DNA of 62,641 nucleotides, filler included, from Candidatus Desantisbacteria bacterium CG1_02_49_89 (GTDB taxonomy: Bacteria; Desantisbacteria; UBA1551), in assembly GCA_001871075.1 (NCBI GenBank). It is 5 parts of 5 records of this genome, joined end to end, with 100 filler letters (N's around TTAATTAATTAA, not from the genome) between each part and the next. Parts side by side here need not be neighbours in the genome. Positions count along the whole stretch, not along the records: positions 35,098 to 62,641 come from MNUP01000149.1; 4 more parts are not named here. One strand, 5' to 3'. Below the pieces are notes generated by a model. It was not told the DNA's origin. It ran no database searches and saw only the letters and a program-made list of their open reading frames with translations. Within the stretch, counting starts at the first letter, position 1, and each line of letters opens with the position of its first letter. Both the position numbers and the translations under genes were made by a program. This document shows, piece after piece, positions 47,809 to 58,612 of this stretch.

Positions 47809-50373
47809 ATGAATACCACAAATGAATCTATTATAAATATATTGGGGTCTGTCAGCAAGCCCACAAGATACGTTGGCAACGAATGGAATTCCGTCGAACG
47901 TCGAACGTCGAACGTCGTACGTCCAATAAGGATCGCATTAGCTTTCCCGGATGTGTATGAGATCGGGATGTCGCATTACGGGATGAACATCCTTTACCAC
48001 CTGCTCAACCAGCAGGAAGGCGTTACCGCGGAAAGGGTGTATCTTCCTGCTCCTGACATGGCAGGCAGGATGCGGGAGAACAAGATCCCGCTGTTCAGCC
48101 TTGAAACCCACACGCCTGTAAGGGATTTTGACATAATCGGGTTCAGCCTGCAGTATGAAATGTCGTACGTGAACGTGCTTGAAATGCTTGATCTTGCGGG
48201 CTTGCCGCTTTTATCAGAAGAAAGAGGCGATGACCTGCCGCTTGTGATAGCCGGCGGGGCGTGCGCTTTCAACCCGGAGCCGATGGCGGAGTTTTTCGAC
48301 CTTTTTGTGATAGGCGAAGCAGAGGAAGCCCTTTTAGAAATCGTGTCAACGTGTCAACGTGTCAACGTGTCAGAGTCAAAACACAAAAGGCAAAATTTAC
48401 TACGGGAAATAGCGGGGATAGAAGGGGTGTATGTGCCGGCATTTTATGATGTGCAATACAACCCGGACAATACGATCAGTTCCGTAAAGCCGAAATATGA
48501 AGGCGTTGCACCCAGGGTCAGAAAAAGGTTCATCGCGGATTTTGACGCGGCGTTCTGCCCGATAAAACCGGTTGTGCCGTTCCAGTCGATCATACACGAC
48601 AGGGCTGTGCTTGAGATCCTGCGCGGGTGCTGCCAGGGATGCAGGTTCTGCCAGGCAGGGATGATAACCAGGCCTGCGAGAGCGCGTTCCGAAGAGCGCG
48701 CGCGGGAGTTAATACAGGAGCTTATGTCAAACACCGGGTGGGAGGAGATCTCCCTGCTCGCGCTTAACGCGTGCGATTTTCCCGGCATAGAAGGGCTTGT
48801 TTCCTGGATCGCGGGGAAATACTCGGGCAAGGGGATCAGCATCTCGCTTCCGTCTTTGCGGCCCGGGAGCTTTTCCGTGAAGCTTGCCCGGCTCATATCA
48901 ATGGGCATGCGGGTCAGGCCGACCCTCACTTTCGCGCCTGAAGCCGGGACACAAAGGCTGAGGGACTCGATAAATAAGGGCGTGAGCGAAAAAGACCTTT
49001 TCGAAAGCACGGGCAGCGCGTTCAACTCCGGATGGGATTCGTGTAAGCTCTATTTCATGATAGGGCTGCCAGGAGAGACCGGCGATGACCTGAAAGGCAT
49101 TGTGGACCTTGCAAGGGAATTGCGCAGGCCGGGGCAGAGGGTGAACCCGAAAGCAAGCCTGCGCCTGAGCATTTCTTCGTTCGTCCCAAAGCCGCACACG
49201 CCTTTCCAGTGGGAACCGCAGGATGGCATAGGAGCTTTAAAAGAAAAACAGCAGAAACTTCTTTTGGATCTAAGAAAAACAGAAGTAAGGTGGTCCAGGC
49301 CCGAAATGAGCTACCTTGAGGGGATCTTTGCCAGGGGTGACAGGCGGCTGGGCAGGGCGCTCTTTTACGCGTGGAAGAGCGGGGCGCAGGTTGACGCGCA
49401 GGAAGAAAAAATATCCGGGTTTGCCGTATGGGAGGACGCTTTCCAGAAAGCAGGCACTGACCCGGCTTTCTACCTTTACAGGAAAAGGGAGTACGGCGAA
49501 GTCCTGCCGTGGGACCACATAGACACGCTGGTCAGCAAAGATTTCCTGGTTTCAGAAAGCAGGAAAGCGAAGGAAGGAATAGTTACGCCGAACTGCATAT
49601 CCGGGGAGTGTAACGAGTGCGGCGCTTGCGAAAGCAAACAACCGTCGTACGTCGTACGTCGTACGTCGGACGTCAAAGATGAAAACATCCAGTACCTTCG
49701 GGCATCCAGCATTCAGCTTCCAGCTGACGCGAAGCAGAGGTTTCGCGTCAAGTACAGCAGGGGAGAGGAACTGAAATACATATCGCACCTGGACCTGCAG
49801 CGCCTTCTTGCGCGGGCTTTACGCCGCGCCGAGATACCGTTCGCCTTCTCAAAAAGTTTCCACTCTCTTCCGCTTATCCTGCCCGGAGTCCCGCTTTCAG
49901 TGGGAATGCTGAGCGACTGCGAGCTGTGCGACGTCCTGCTCTCGGAAAGGATGGAACTGGGGGAGTTCGCGAAAAGGTTTTCATCCCAGATGCCGCGGGG
50001 GATCGAGCTGAAAGAAGCCCAGGAGATAATGCTGGCGGCGCCGGCGATCGTAAATGCTGTTAGATACGTGAGATACGAAATAAAAGTCAAATTGCAAATT
50101 GCAAATTGCAAATTGCAAAATGAAATACAGGAACTCCTTAAGAAAAATGAAATAATGGTGAGAAGGAAGACGCCGAAAGTTGACAAGACCGTGAACATAA
50201 GGCCGGGAATTGAAAGCATTGAGCTCAGCGAATCCGGGTTGAACGGGTGCGTTATCCTTGATGTCCTGTTGAAAATGATGAGGGAAGGGCAGGCAAGGCC
50301 GGACGAAGTTGCAGGCGCTCTTCTGCCGGGAGTTGGTATAGCGGAAATAAAAAGGACCGAAATCATTTTCTAA
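47809..50373 (+). CDS. TIGR03960-type B12-binding radical SAM fused to TIGR03936/DUF2344 domain
   Basis: [43 protein letters not shown]. Confidence 0.92.
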   Translation: MNTTNESIINILGSVSKPTRYVGNEWNSVERRTSNVVRPIRIALAFPDVYEIGMSHYGMNILYHLLNQQEGVTAERVYLPAPDMAGRMRENKIPLFSLETHTPVRDFDIIGFSLQYEMSYVNVLEMLDLAGLPLLSEERGDDLPLVIAGGACAFNPEPMAEFFDLFVIGEAEEALLEIVSTCQRVNVSESKHKRQNLLREIAGIEGVYVPAFYDVQYNPDNTISSVKPKYEGVAPRVRKRFIADFDAAFCPIKPVVPFQSIIHDRAVLEILRGCCQGCRFCQAGMITRPARARSEERARELIQELMSNTGWEEISLLALNACDFPGIEGLVSWIAGKYSGKGISISLPSLRPGSFSVKLARLISMGMRVRPTLTFAPEAGTQRLRDSINKGVSEKDLFESTGSAFNSGWDSCKLYFMIGLPGETGDDLKGIVDLARELRRPGQRVNPKASLRLSISSFVPKPHTPFQWEPQDGIGALKEKQQKLLLDLRKTEVRWSRPEMSYLEGIFARGDRRLGRALFYAWKSGAQVDAQEEKISGFAVWEDAFQKAGTDPAFYLYRKREYGEVLPWDHIDTLVSKDFLVSESRKAKEGIVTPNCISGECNECGACESKQPSYVVRRTSDVKDENIQYLRASSIQLPADAKQRFRVKYSRGEELKYISHLDLQRLLARALRRAEIPFAFSKSFHSLPLILPGVPLSVGMLSDCELCDVLLSERMELGEFAKRFSSQMPRGIELKEAQEIMLAAPAIVNAVRYVRYEIKVKLQIANCKLQNEIQELLKKNEIMVRRKTPKVDKTVNIRPGIESIELSESGLNGCVILDVLLKMMREGQARPDEVAGALLPGVGIAEIKRTEIIF

Positions 50374-50437
50374 CCCCTCACCCGCCACCCTCTCCCACAA
50401 AGGGGCGAGGGATATAAGGAAATTAAAAGGGAGCAAC

Positions 50438-50881
50438 ATGAAGAAAAGACTGTCGTGGGACGAATATTTTATGAAGATCGCGGAGCTTGTGGCGCAGCGC
50501 TCAACCTGCCTGCGCAGGCAGGTGGGCTGCGTGATAGTAAGGGATAAAAGAATGCTTACCACGGGATACAACGGCGCGCCCAGAGGCCTTAAACACTGCA
50601 GCGAGACCGGTTGCCTGCGCAACAAGCTGAAGATCCCTTCAGGCGAAAGGCAGGAGCTGTGCCGCGCCCTGCACTCGGAGCAGAACGCGATCATCCAGGC
50701 GGCGCTTACAGGCATAAGCCTGAACGGTTCTGTGCTGTACTGCACGCACCAGCCCTGCGTGGCCTGCGCGAAGATGCTTATCAACGCCGGAATAAAAAAG
50801 ATTGTTTACAAGGGCGAGTATCCGGACAAGCTCGCGCTTTCGATACTTAAAGAAGCGGAGATTAAGTTGGTAAAGAAATAA
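50438..50881 (+). CDS. dCMP/cytidine deaminase family (ComEB-like)
   Basis: [27 protein letters not shown]. Confidence 0.92.
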   Translation: MKKRLSWDEYFMKIAELVAQRSTCLRRQVGCVIVRDKRMLTTGYNGAPRGLKHCSETGCLRNKLKIPSGERQELCRALHSEQNAIIQAALTGISLNGSVLYCTHQPCVACAKMLINAGIKKIVYKGEYPDKLALSILKEAEIKLVKK

Positions 50882-50940
50882 CTACTTAAGTTTACATAGT
50901 TTACAGAGTTTATATAGTTTACAAAGTTATAAATCCGTGC

Positions 50941-51017
50941 CGTAGGGTCATCAGCTTGGTTCTGACCCGAAGGTCCCTGCGTTGAGCCCGCCACGAATAT
51001 TGGCGGGCTGCAGGGGG
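50941..51017 (-). repeat. Family B element inserted in a CACGGATTT repeat
   Basis: Flanks rebuild CAGCCACGGATTT/GCACGGAT, present uninterrupted at 44396-44416. Confidence 0.8.
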
Positions 51018-51227
51018 AAATCCGTGGCTGAGCTTTTTAAATCTCTCTCGAAGATCCCTGTAAAATATTTTTATGATTTCCTCGCCCATCCTTTCAGGTG
51101 GGCGAAGTCTCGCCCCGATGTCCATCGGGGCGGAGTGCTTTCGTGATACTTTCGTGCCTTCGTGGAAATCTTTAATCTGTGTAATCATCTTTCAGAAATC
51201 GGTGTAATCATTATTTAAGGAGATAGA

Positions 51228-52445
51228 ATGATAACCAATATTCTTGAGGAGCTTCTGAACGTGGGAATAGCGCTTTCGGGGGAGCACGACCTGGACAAGC
51301 TCCTTGACATGATCCTGATGGAGGCGCAGAGGCTGACAAACGCGGACGGCGGCTCGATATACCTGGCCGAAGGAGACAAGCTGATCTTCAAGGTGAGCCG
51401 CAACAACACGTTTTTCAAAAGATGGGGCGAAGCCAAAACGCGGCAGATGTTCAAAAGCTTTGAGATGCCCATAACAAAGAAAAGCATGTCCGGGTACGTG
51501 GCGCTCACAGGCAAGCCGCTCAACATCAGCAATGTCCACTGCATACCGGAAAACCTTGAATGCAGTTATGACCCCAGCTTTGACAAAAAGAACGAATACA
51601 ATACCGTGTCCATGCTTGTCATACCGATGCTGGACAGGGAAAACAATGTTATCGGGATCCTGCAGCTGATAAACTCGATGGACGCGGATAAGGTTGTCCC
51701 GTTCACGGACGACCACCTTAAAATAACCTCCTCCTTTTCTTCACAGGCATCAGTTGCCATACAGAACGCGAAGCTCACAAAGGACCTTAAGAACGCGCAG
51801 CTGGAAACGATATTCCGCTTGAGCGCGGCAGCGGGTTACAGAGACAAGGAAACCGCGAACCACATTAAGCGCGTCAGCAGCTACTGCAGGCTTATGGCAA
51901 AAAAGGCGGGGCTTGACAGCGAGAAGGCTGAATTGCTTTTCTGGGCGTCGCCCATGCACGATATCGGAAAGCTTGGCGTGCCGGACGCGATACTGCTGAA
52001 GCCGGGCATCCTGACACCCGAGGAAAGGAAGGAGATGGAAAAGCATTCACTTATCGGCGCGCTTATCTTAAAGGATTCAAAAGAGGCCGTTATTGTAATG
52101 TCAAGGATCGCGGCGCTCACCCACCACGAGAAGTGGGACGGGACAGGTTACCCGCTGGGCCTTAAAGGCACGGACATACCCATTGAGGGAAGGATCGTGG
52201 CGATCGCTGACGTGTTCGACGCGCTTTCCAGCAAAAGATGCTACAAGGACGCGTTCCCCGAAGAAAAGGTGCTTGCCATAATGAAGGACAGCCGCGGAAA
52301 ACATTTTGACCCTGACCTGCTTGACGCGTTCCTGTGCGCGATGGACGAGGTAAGGGCTATAAAGGCGGAATACGAGGACAAAGAAGAAGACTTCGATAAG
52401 TTCAGCGATATCAAGAACGTGGATGCCGCGAGCCTCCTTAAATAA
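51228..52445 (+). CDS. GAF + HD-GYP cyclic dinucleotide phosphodiesterase
   Basis: GAF (SMLVIPM..GILQLIN); MHDIGK, HHEKWDGTGYP, ADVFDAL. Confidence 0.92.
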   Translation: MITNILEELLNVGIALSGEHDLDKLLDMILMEAQRLTNADGGSIYLAEGDKLIFKVSRNNTFFKRWGEAKTRQMFKSFEMPITKKSMSGYVALTGKPLNISNVHCIPENLECSYDPSFDKKNEYNTVSMLVIPMLDRENNVIGILQLINSMDADKVVPFTDDHLKITSSFSSQASVAIQNAKLTKDLKNAQLETIFRLSAAAGYRDKETANHIKRVSSYCRLMAKKAGLDSEKAELLFWASPMHDIGKLGVPDAILLKPGILTPEERKEMEKHSLIGALILKDSKEAVIVMSRIAALTHHEKWDGTGYPLGLKGTDIPIEGRIVAIADVFDALSSKRCYKDAFPEEKVLAIMKDSRGKHFDPDLLDAFLCAMDEVRAIKAEYEDKEEDFDKFSDIKNVDAASLLK

Positions 52446-52577
52446 AAACGTGCATCGTGCATCGTTCTTCGTTCATCGTTTAAAAGTATATAAAGTTCGC
52501 ACAGTTTAAAATCCGTGGAAATTCGTGAGAATCTGTGCTAATCCGTGGTTACAGAGTTAGTTTACGAGATAGAAACC

Positions 52578-52606
52578 TTGCAATTTTAAAAAATATATGG
52601 TATAAT
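52578..52606 (+). promoter_or_regulatory. Sigma70 promoter of glyQS
   Basis: TTGCAA-17-TATAAT with TG extension. Confidence 0.65.
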
Positions 52607-52743
52607 TAATTTGGTTTTGTGAATACAGATCCTAGATGCTAGATTTCAGATCCTAGGTTAAGGTATTTATTTAAATTGGAATTCCTTCATCTGACATCCA
52701 GGATCCAGGATCTGGCATCTTTTTAAACGAGGGACGATGCACG

Positions 52744-53634
52744 ATGGACGATGCACGGATTTTAAGTTTCCAGGAAATAATACGGAAGCTTGAAGACTAC
52801 TGGGCAAAGAAAGGCTGCGTGATACTTCAGCCCTACGACATAGAGGTGGGCGCCGGGACTTTCCATACCGCTACATTCCTGCGCGTGCTTGGCAAAGACG
52901 CGTGGAACGCGGCTTACGTCCAGCCGTCCAGAAGGCCTGATGACGGAAGGTACGGGGATAACCCTAACCGGGTGCAGCAGCATTACCAGTTCCAGGTGAT
53001 ACTGAAGCCCGCACCCGCGGACGCGCAGGAGATCTACCTTGAAAGCCTTGAGGCGCTGGGAATAAAGCGCAAAGACCACGACATCAGGTTTGTGGAGGAT
53101 AACTGGGAATCGCCGGGGCTTGGGGCGTGGGGCCTGGGCTGGGAGGTATGGCTGGACGGGCTTGAGATAACCCAGTTCACGTATTTCCAGCAGGCAGGGG
53201 GAATAGACCTTGACCCGGTCTCCGTGGAGCTCACATACGGGCTTGAGCGCATTGCTATATATATTCAAGGAAAGAATAATATATATGATATAGAGTGGGG
53301 AGGGGGGAGAACATACGGGGATATACAGCTTGAAGTAGAAAAGCAGTTCTCCAAATATAATTTTGAACTTGCGGACGTCCAGACGCTCCTGAAGTTGTTT
53401 GACCTGTATGAAGGCGAAGCCAGAAGGATGCTTGAAGCGAAACTTGTGCTTCCTGCCTACGAATACGTGATGAAATGCTCCCATGCGTTCAACCTGCTGG
53501 ATTCAAGGGGAACGATAAGCGTGACAGAGCGGGCGTCAATGCTGGGAAGGATAAGGGTGCTTGCGAGAAGATGCGCGGAATTATACATTGGGAAGCCTCA
53601 ACTTGTTGAGGAAAGAAATAAGAAGGAGAAATAG
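52744..53634 (+). CDS. glyQ: Glycine-tRNA ligase alpha subunit
   Basis: [33 protein letters not shown]. Confidence 0.97.
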   Translation: MDDARILSFQEIIRKLEDYWAKKGCVILQPYDIEVGAGTFHTATFLRVLGKDAWNAAYVQPSRRPDDGRYGDNPNRVQQHYQFQVILKPAPADAQEIYLESLEALGIKRKDHDIRFVEDNWESPGLGAWGLGWEVWLDGLEITQFTYFQQAGGIDLDPVSVELTYGLERIAIYIQGKNNIYDIEWGGGRTYGDIQLEVEKQFSKYNFELADVQTLLKLFDLYEGEARRMLEAKLVLPAYEYVMKCSHAFNLLDSRGTISVTERASMLGRIRVLARRCAELYIGKPQLVEERNKKEK

Positions 53635-53635
53635 A

Positions 53636-55828
53636 GTGTCAACGTGTCAACGTGTCCCACCTAGAAAGCGTTGGCGGGCAGGCAACGTGTCAACGCAAAA
53701 GAAGAACCTACTACTAGAAATAGGATGCGAGGAACTGCCGGTTTTCCATCAGGCGCTTATAAGGGAAAAATTCGCCAACCTGGATGAAAGGGGGTTTAGC
53801 CGCCTAAAACATGGCAGGCTGATGCTTTATACAACGCCAAGGCGTATCGTGATCTGCGCTGAGGACCTGGCAGGCAAGACTGATATATATAAGGAAAAGG
53901 TTTTTGGACCGCCAAAAAATGTCGCTTTTGACAAGGAAGGAAAATTCACCCCCGCGGCAATTGGTTTCGCGAAATCCCGGGATGCCCGCGCGGAAGACCT
54001 GAAGATCGAACGGAATGAGACCAGGGGGGGCGGCGAATACGTATGCGTTGAAAAGACATCCGGGGGCACAGACACCAAAGCATACCTGAAGGAACTGCTG
54101 CCCGCGTTGATAAGAAGCATTGGCGCGATTTTCGAGAAGACAATGCGCTGGCCGCAGGAAAAGGAATTAAGTTTTTCAAGGCCTGTGAGATGGATCCTCG
54201 CTCTCTACGGAAAAGAAATAGTGAAGTTCAGGGTTTTCGGCCTGGATTCTTCGAATATAACCTGCGGCAACCGGCTTGCAGCGAACAGAAAGATAAAAAT
54301 AAAAGAAGCCGGCATCGAAGAGTTTAAGAAAACGCTTGCAAAAGCGTATGTGATGCTTGACCAGGATGTAAGGGAAGAATCCATAATGCTGCAGACACAA
54401 AAAGCGATTGAGTGCGAACATACTGATAGCGTTGATCTTGCGCACAGGAAACTTGTCGCGGAAGTCGCCGGGCTGGTTGAATGGCCGCGCGCAGTGACAG
54501 GAGTTTTTTCGAAGGAGTACCTTGACCTGCCGGCTGAGCTTGTAAAAACATGCATGATGGGCCACGAAAGATTTTTCCCGGTTGAGAAAAACGAGAAGCT
54601 TGAGGCGAAATTTATTTCTGTCCTGAACAACCCGCTTAAAAGCGCGGAGAAAGCTATAAGGAAAGGTAACGAGTCTGTACTTACCGCAAGGCTTGCTGAC
54701 GCGAAATATTTTTATGAACATGACGCAAAGGAGGACCTGAACGCAAGGTTTGAAAGACTGAAGAATATAACCTTTCAGGGAAAAATGGGTTCGATGTTCG
54801 ATAAATCACTGCGCATCAAGGAGATGGCATCTGCGATCTCCTCTCTGCTTGGAGTCGACGCGCAGGCCGCTGCAAAAATATCCCGCGCAGCGGAACTTTC
54901 GAAAATAGATATAGGCACGCGGGTTGTAAGCGAGTTCCCGTCGCTTCAGGGCAAAATGGGAAGGATATACGCGAAAGCAAGCGGGGAAGACGAAAATACG
55001 GCAGCGGCAATAGAAGAACAATACACGGACAGGCCCGCGGGCATAGCCGGAGCGGTCATCGGCATAGCTGACAGGATAGACAACATCTGCGCGTTTTTCG
55101 CGCAGGGGTACAAGGCAACCGGCTCAGAGGACCCGTACGGCGCAAGGCGCGACGCGCAGGGGCTCATAGAGATCCTGATGCGCACTACGCAGGTAGGCAG
55201 CCTTCCGATAAACGGCCTGGTGGACAGGGAGCTTGAGCTTGTTTCGGAAAAATCCGCGAACAAGAACGCGAAAAGCGAAATAATGTCGTTCATTAGGCAG
55301 CGCGTCCAGACACTCTTCAAAGAAGAGAGCATCGAATACGATGAATCGGACGCGGTCATGGAAACAGCGCTTAACATTAACCTGCGCACCGCTGTTGAAA
55401 GGGCAAAGGTAATACAGCAGTTCAGGGAACGCGAAGATTTCAAGAAATTTATTATCGCGTTCAAGCGCGTAGTGAATATTTTAAAACAAGCAGAAGTCAA
55501 GCGTGTCAACGTGTCAACGTGTCAACGTGTCAACGAAGAACTGCTGAAGGAGAAGGAAGAAAAAATTCTATACGAAATATATTTGAAAATAAAAGATGAC
55601 GTAAAAGATAAAATTGAAAAAAATAATTTCAAAGAAGCGATGGAAAAACTTCTCGCGAACCTCGGAAAGCCCATCGACGATCTGTTCGACAACGTGATGG
55701 TGATGACAGACGATAATGACCTGAAAACGAACAGGCTCGCGATTTTATCCGCGATAGCGGGTTTATTCTTCTTAACCGCCGATTTTTCCAAAATTGTCCT
55801 GAGCGAGCAGGAAGCGGTAAAAAAATAG
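53636..55828 (+). CDS. glyS: Glycine-tRNA ligase beta subunit
   Basis: LLEIGCEELP, TPRR, MRW..FSRPVRW, EFPSLQG, TGSEDPYGARR; GTG 53636 follows AAGGAG. Confidence 0.95.
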   Translation: MSTCQRVPPRKRWRAGNVSTQKKNLLLEIGCEELPVFHQALIREKFANLDERGFSRLKHGRLMLYTTPRRIVICAEDLAGKTDIYKEKVFGPPKNVAFDKEGKFTPAAIGFAKSRDARAEDLKIERNETRGGGEYVCVEKTSGGTDTKAYLKELLPALIRSIGAIFEKTMRWPQEKELSFSRPVRWILALYGKEIVKFRVFGLDSSNITCGNRLAANRKIKIKEAGIEEFKKTLAKAYVMLDQDVREESIMLQTQKAIECEHTDSVDLAHRKLVAEVAGLVEWPRAVTGVFSKEYLDLPAELVKTCMMGHERFFPVEKNEKLEAKFISVLNNPLKSAEKAIRKGNESVLTARLADAKYFYEHDAKEDLNARFERLKNITFQGKMGSMFDKSLRIKEMASAISSLLGVDAQAAAKISRAAELSKIDIGTRVVSEFPSLQGKMGRIYAKASGEDENTAAAIEEQYTDRPAGIAGAVIGIADRIDNICAFFAQGYKATGSEDPYGARRDAQGLIEILMRTTQVGSLPINGLVDRELELVSEKSANKNAKSEIMSFIRQRVQTLFKEESIEYDESDAVMETALNINLRTAVERAKVIQQFREREDFKKFIIAFKRVVNILKQAEVKRVNVSTCQRVNEELLKEKEEKILYEIYLKIKDDVKDKIEKNNFKEAMEKLLANLGKPIDDLFDNVMVMTDDNDLKTNRLAILSAIAGLFFLTADFSKIVLSEQEAVKK

Positions 55829-56086
55829 TTTATTTTTATTTTTCCGACGGAGAATTCAAAGAAATATTTTTTCTCAAGATATTTTTTTGCATTTTTTTTG
55901 CATTTTTTTCTTGACTTTTGAAGAAAATAATGTATAATATATAATAATAAAAAATAAAAATAGAAGAAATTCCTGTATATGACAATGAGCAAAGAAGAAA
56001 CAGGAGAGCGTGAAATAAAGTAAGCAGTGGTTGGTTCGGCAGGTTGACTGATTGCTGGATACTAAAAGAGGGGGTGAGACGAAGAA

Positions 56087-56497
56087 TTGGACGCATTAGG
56101 CCATCACGTTCTGTTAGAACTTTATGGTTGTGATGCTTTTGTCCTCAACGACACCAAGAAGATAAAGGATATTCTCACGGAAGCCGCTCTTCTTGCGAAC
56201 GCTCGCATCGTGGAAACAGCTTTTCATCGTTTCAGTCCCCACGGTGTCAGCGGAGTTGTGATCATCGCTGAGTCTCATTTGTCCGTTCATACGTGGCCCG
56301 AATACGAGTATGCCGCTATTGACATCTTCACCTGCGGCGAAGACATAAGAGCGGACCTTGCCTGTAACCACATCATCTCGAAGTTCAGGGCGAAAAGTTC
56401 AGCAATGGTCGAAATGAAGAGGGGAGTGATCCCGACGGCCAACGAGTATGCGGGCGCGGTAACGCAGCGAGAAGAAGTTCTTGCCTGCAAGAGATAA
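56087..56497 (+). CDS. speD: S-adenosylmethionine decarboxylase proenzyme
   Basis: PHGVSGVVIIAESHLSVHTWPE, DIFTCG. Confidence 0.93.
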   Translation: MDALGHHVLLELYGCDAFVLNDTKKIKDILTEAALLANARIVETAFHRFSPHGVSGVVIIAESHLSVHTWPEYEYAAIDIFTCGEDIRADLACNHIISKFRAKSSAMVEMKRGVIPTANEYAGAVTQREEVLACKR

Positions 56498-56569
56498 GAA
56501 TCTGCCACTCTTCCTGCAAAGAAACTGAAAACGCAGAAACAGAAGAAGAGTGGTTTTTTATTTCTTGCC

Positions 56570-57484
56570 ATGAATAAAAAAGGACAGAAGGATCCCAACT
56601 GGTACATTGAATTCCTCAACCCCGCTGAAGCGCACATGTACGGCATTAAGGGGTTGGTCGGAAAATATAAATCGGAATATCAGGACATCCTAATACTGGA
56701 TACCTTTCCGTACGGAAGGTGCCTTTTCCTTGACGGGAAGATCCAGTCCGCGCAGCTGGACGAATTCATATACCACGAAGCCCTTGTCCACCCGGCTCTT
56801 TTGTCCCACCCGGCTCCCAGGAATGTTTTTGTGGGCGGGACCGGCGAGGGGGCAAGCCTGAGGGAGATCCTCAAGCATCCCTGTGTAAAAAAAATAATAG
56901 CCGTTGACATAGATAAAAAAGTCATAGATATCGCGAAGCGCCACCTTTTCCAGTGGCACCGCGGGGCTTTCGTAAGCCCAAAAGTCAGATTATATTTCCG
57001 GGACGCGCGCAAATTCCTTAAAGAAACAAAGGAAACTTTCGACTGCATCATACTTGACCTCTGCGACCCAGGGGACGCGCAAGGCCCGGCGGCTCTTTTA
57101 TTCACAAGTGAATTCTACAAGATCGTCAGCAGAAAGCTCGCGCCCGGCGGCATACTCACCGTGCAGTGCGGCAGCACCAATCTTAACATGCTCAAAGGAT
57201 TCGCGCACGTTTTCAGGACGCTCAGATCAGTTTTCAGGAACGTCCTTCCCTACCAGGCAGATGTTCCATCGTTCGTGGGCCCCTGGGGTTACTGCATGGC
57301 ATCATCGACAGATATACCCCTGAGGCAATCGGAATCAGCGCGTAAAAGGATCAAAGAAAGAAAGCTGGAAGGGAAGCTCAGGTTCTACAACCCGGAAATT
57401 CACGAGGCGATGTTCGTCCTGCCCGGATACCTTAAAGAGCATTTCAAAAAGGGCAGGATAATATATGATAAGAAGCCTTTTTAA
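56570..57484 (+). CDS. speE: Polyamine aminopropyltransferase (spermidine synthase family)
   Basis: LDGKIQS..DEFIYHEALVHP, GGTGEG, DID, ILDLCDP. Confidence 0.92.
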   Translation: MNKKGQKDPNWYIEFLNPAEAHMYGIKGLVGKYKSEYQDILILDTFPYGRCLFLDGKIQSAQLDEFIYHEALVHPALLSHPAPRNVFVGGTGEGASLREILKHPCVKKIIAVDIDKKVIDIAKRHLFQWHRGAFVSPKVRLYFRDARKFLKETKETFDCIILDLCDPGDAQGPAALLFTSEFYKIVSRKLAPGGILTVQCGSTNLNMLKGFAHVFRTLRSVFRNVLPYQADVPSFVGPWGYCMASSTDIPLRQSESARKRIKERKLEGKLRFYNPEIHEAMFVLPGYLKEHFKKGRIIYDKKPF

Positions 57485-57562
57485 ATTATGAATTATGAGT
57501 TATGAATTATGAGTGAAGGATTTTTATTTAAAAAATAAATTTTTAGGTTTCAGAGTAAAAAA

Positions 57563-57964
57563 ATGGAAAGAAAATATTATTTCGTGGACGCGAAGGACAA
57601 AATTCTGGGAAGGATGGCCACAAAGATAGTCAGGATCCTGCGGGGAAAGCACAAACCTGATTTTGACCCGTCAAAGGACATGGGTGACATCGTTGTGGTA
57701 GTGAACGCAAGCGGCGTCAGGGTAACGGGCAGGAAGTCGGAGCAGAAAATCTACTTCCGCCACAGCGGTTACCCGAGCGGCCACAAGCTGATCCCGTTTG
57801 AGAGGATGCTGAGAGAAAAGCCCTGCGAAATAATAAGGCACGCAGTGCACGGGATGCTGCGCCATAACAGGCTGCAGAGCAAGGCGATGAGGCGCCTTAA
57901 AATTTACGCCGGCGCGGAGCACGGACTTAACCAGAAATTTGAGACTCTCGAAATACAAGAATGA
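57563..57964 (+). CDS. rplM: 50S ribosomal protein L13
   Basis: VDAKDKILGRMAT, GKHKP, YFRHSGYP. Confidence 0.97.
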   Translation: MERKYYFVDAKDKILGRMATKIVRILRGKHKPDFDPSKDMGDIVVVVNASGVRVTGRKSEQKIYFRHSGYPSGHKLIPFERMLREKPCEIIRHAVHGMLRHNRLQSKAMRRLKIYAGAEHGLNQKFETLEIQE

Positions 57965-58088
57965 TCACTCCGATTTTATAAAATGATCTTTGCTTCGCAA
58001 CATTCTTTGCGGGCCATGTCGATAAACGACGAATTTCACAGATTTACTGATCATTATGTGCTTAATTTATTTAAGAGAGGGAAAGAAA

Positions 58089-58478
58089 ATGGCCGACTTA
58101 TTTTTAGGAACAGGAAGGCGCAAGACCTCAATTGCGACGGTTACCGTGGTCTCGGGCACCGGTAAAATAACCGTGAATGACAAGGACATGGCCGAGTATT
58201 TCTACACAAACGCTATGCAGTGCGAGGTCCAGCTGCCGTTCCAGCTCACGTCAACAGAAGGCAAGTTCGATGTGAACGCTGACGTGAAGGGCGGAGGCAC
58301 TTACGCGCAGGCGGACGCGATGAAACTGGCGATTTCCCGCGCGCTGATCCAGATCGACCTGAATCTGAGACCAACCCTGAGCAAGGCATCCTGCCTTAGG
58401 CGCGACCCCAGAGAAAAAGAGAGAAAGAAATACGGGCAGAGAGGCGCCCGCGCCAAATTCCAGTTCTCAAAGAGATAA
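58089..58478 (+). CDS. rpsI: 30S ribosomal protein S9
   Basis: GTGRRKTS, GGG..QA, ERKKYG..ARAKFQFSKR. Confidence 0.97.
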   Translation: MADLFLGTGRRKTSIATVTVVSGTGKITVNDKDMAEYFYTNAMQCEVQLPFQLTSTEGKFDVNADVKGGGTYAQADAMKLAISRALIQIDLNLRPTLSKASCLRRDPREKERKKYGQRGARAKFQFSKR

Positions 58479-58521
58479 TCTGAAACCCCTGCGCAGCCTG
58501 TTTTTTGCACAGCATCAAAAC

Positions 58522-58546
58522 AAACCCCGCGCAGGGGTTTTTTTAT
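58522..58546 (+). terminator. Intrinsic terminator after rpsI
   Basis: AAACCCC-GCGCA-GGGGTTT-TTTT. Confidence 0.75.
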
Positions 58547-58612
58547 TTGACAAAACAATATATTATGATATAATATTAAATTTGATAGACTTTGATATAT
58601 AAAGGAGACTTT

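Noticed and set aside
53561-53635. Long N-terminal extensions in the ORF track (glyS, 42732 AAA, 60427 HDAC, 61280 DUF167, 38384, 58056)
   Set aside because: They run through upstream genes, repeats or terminators; better RBS-linked starts lie downstream
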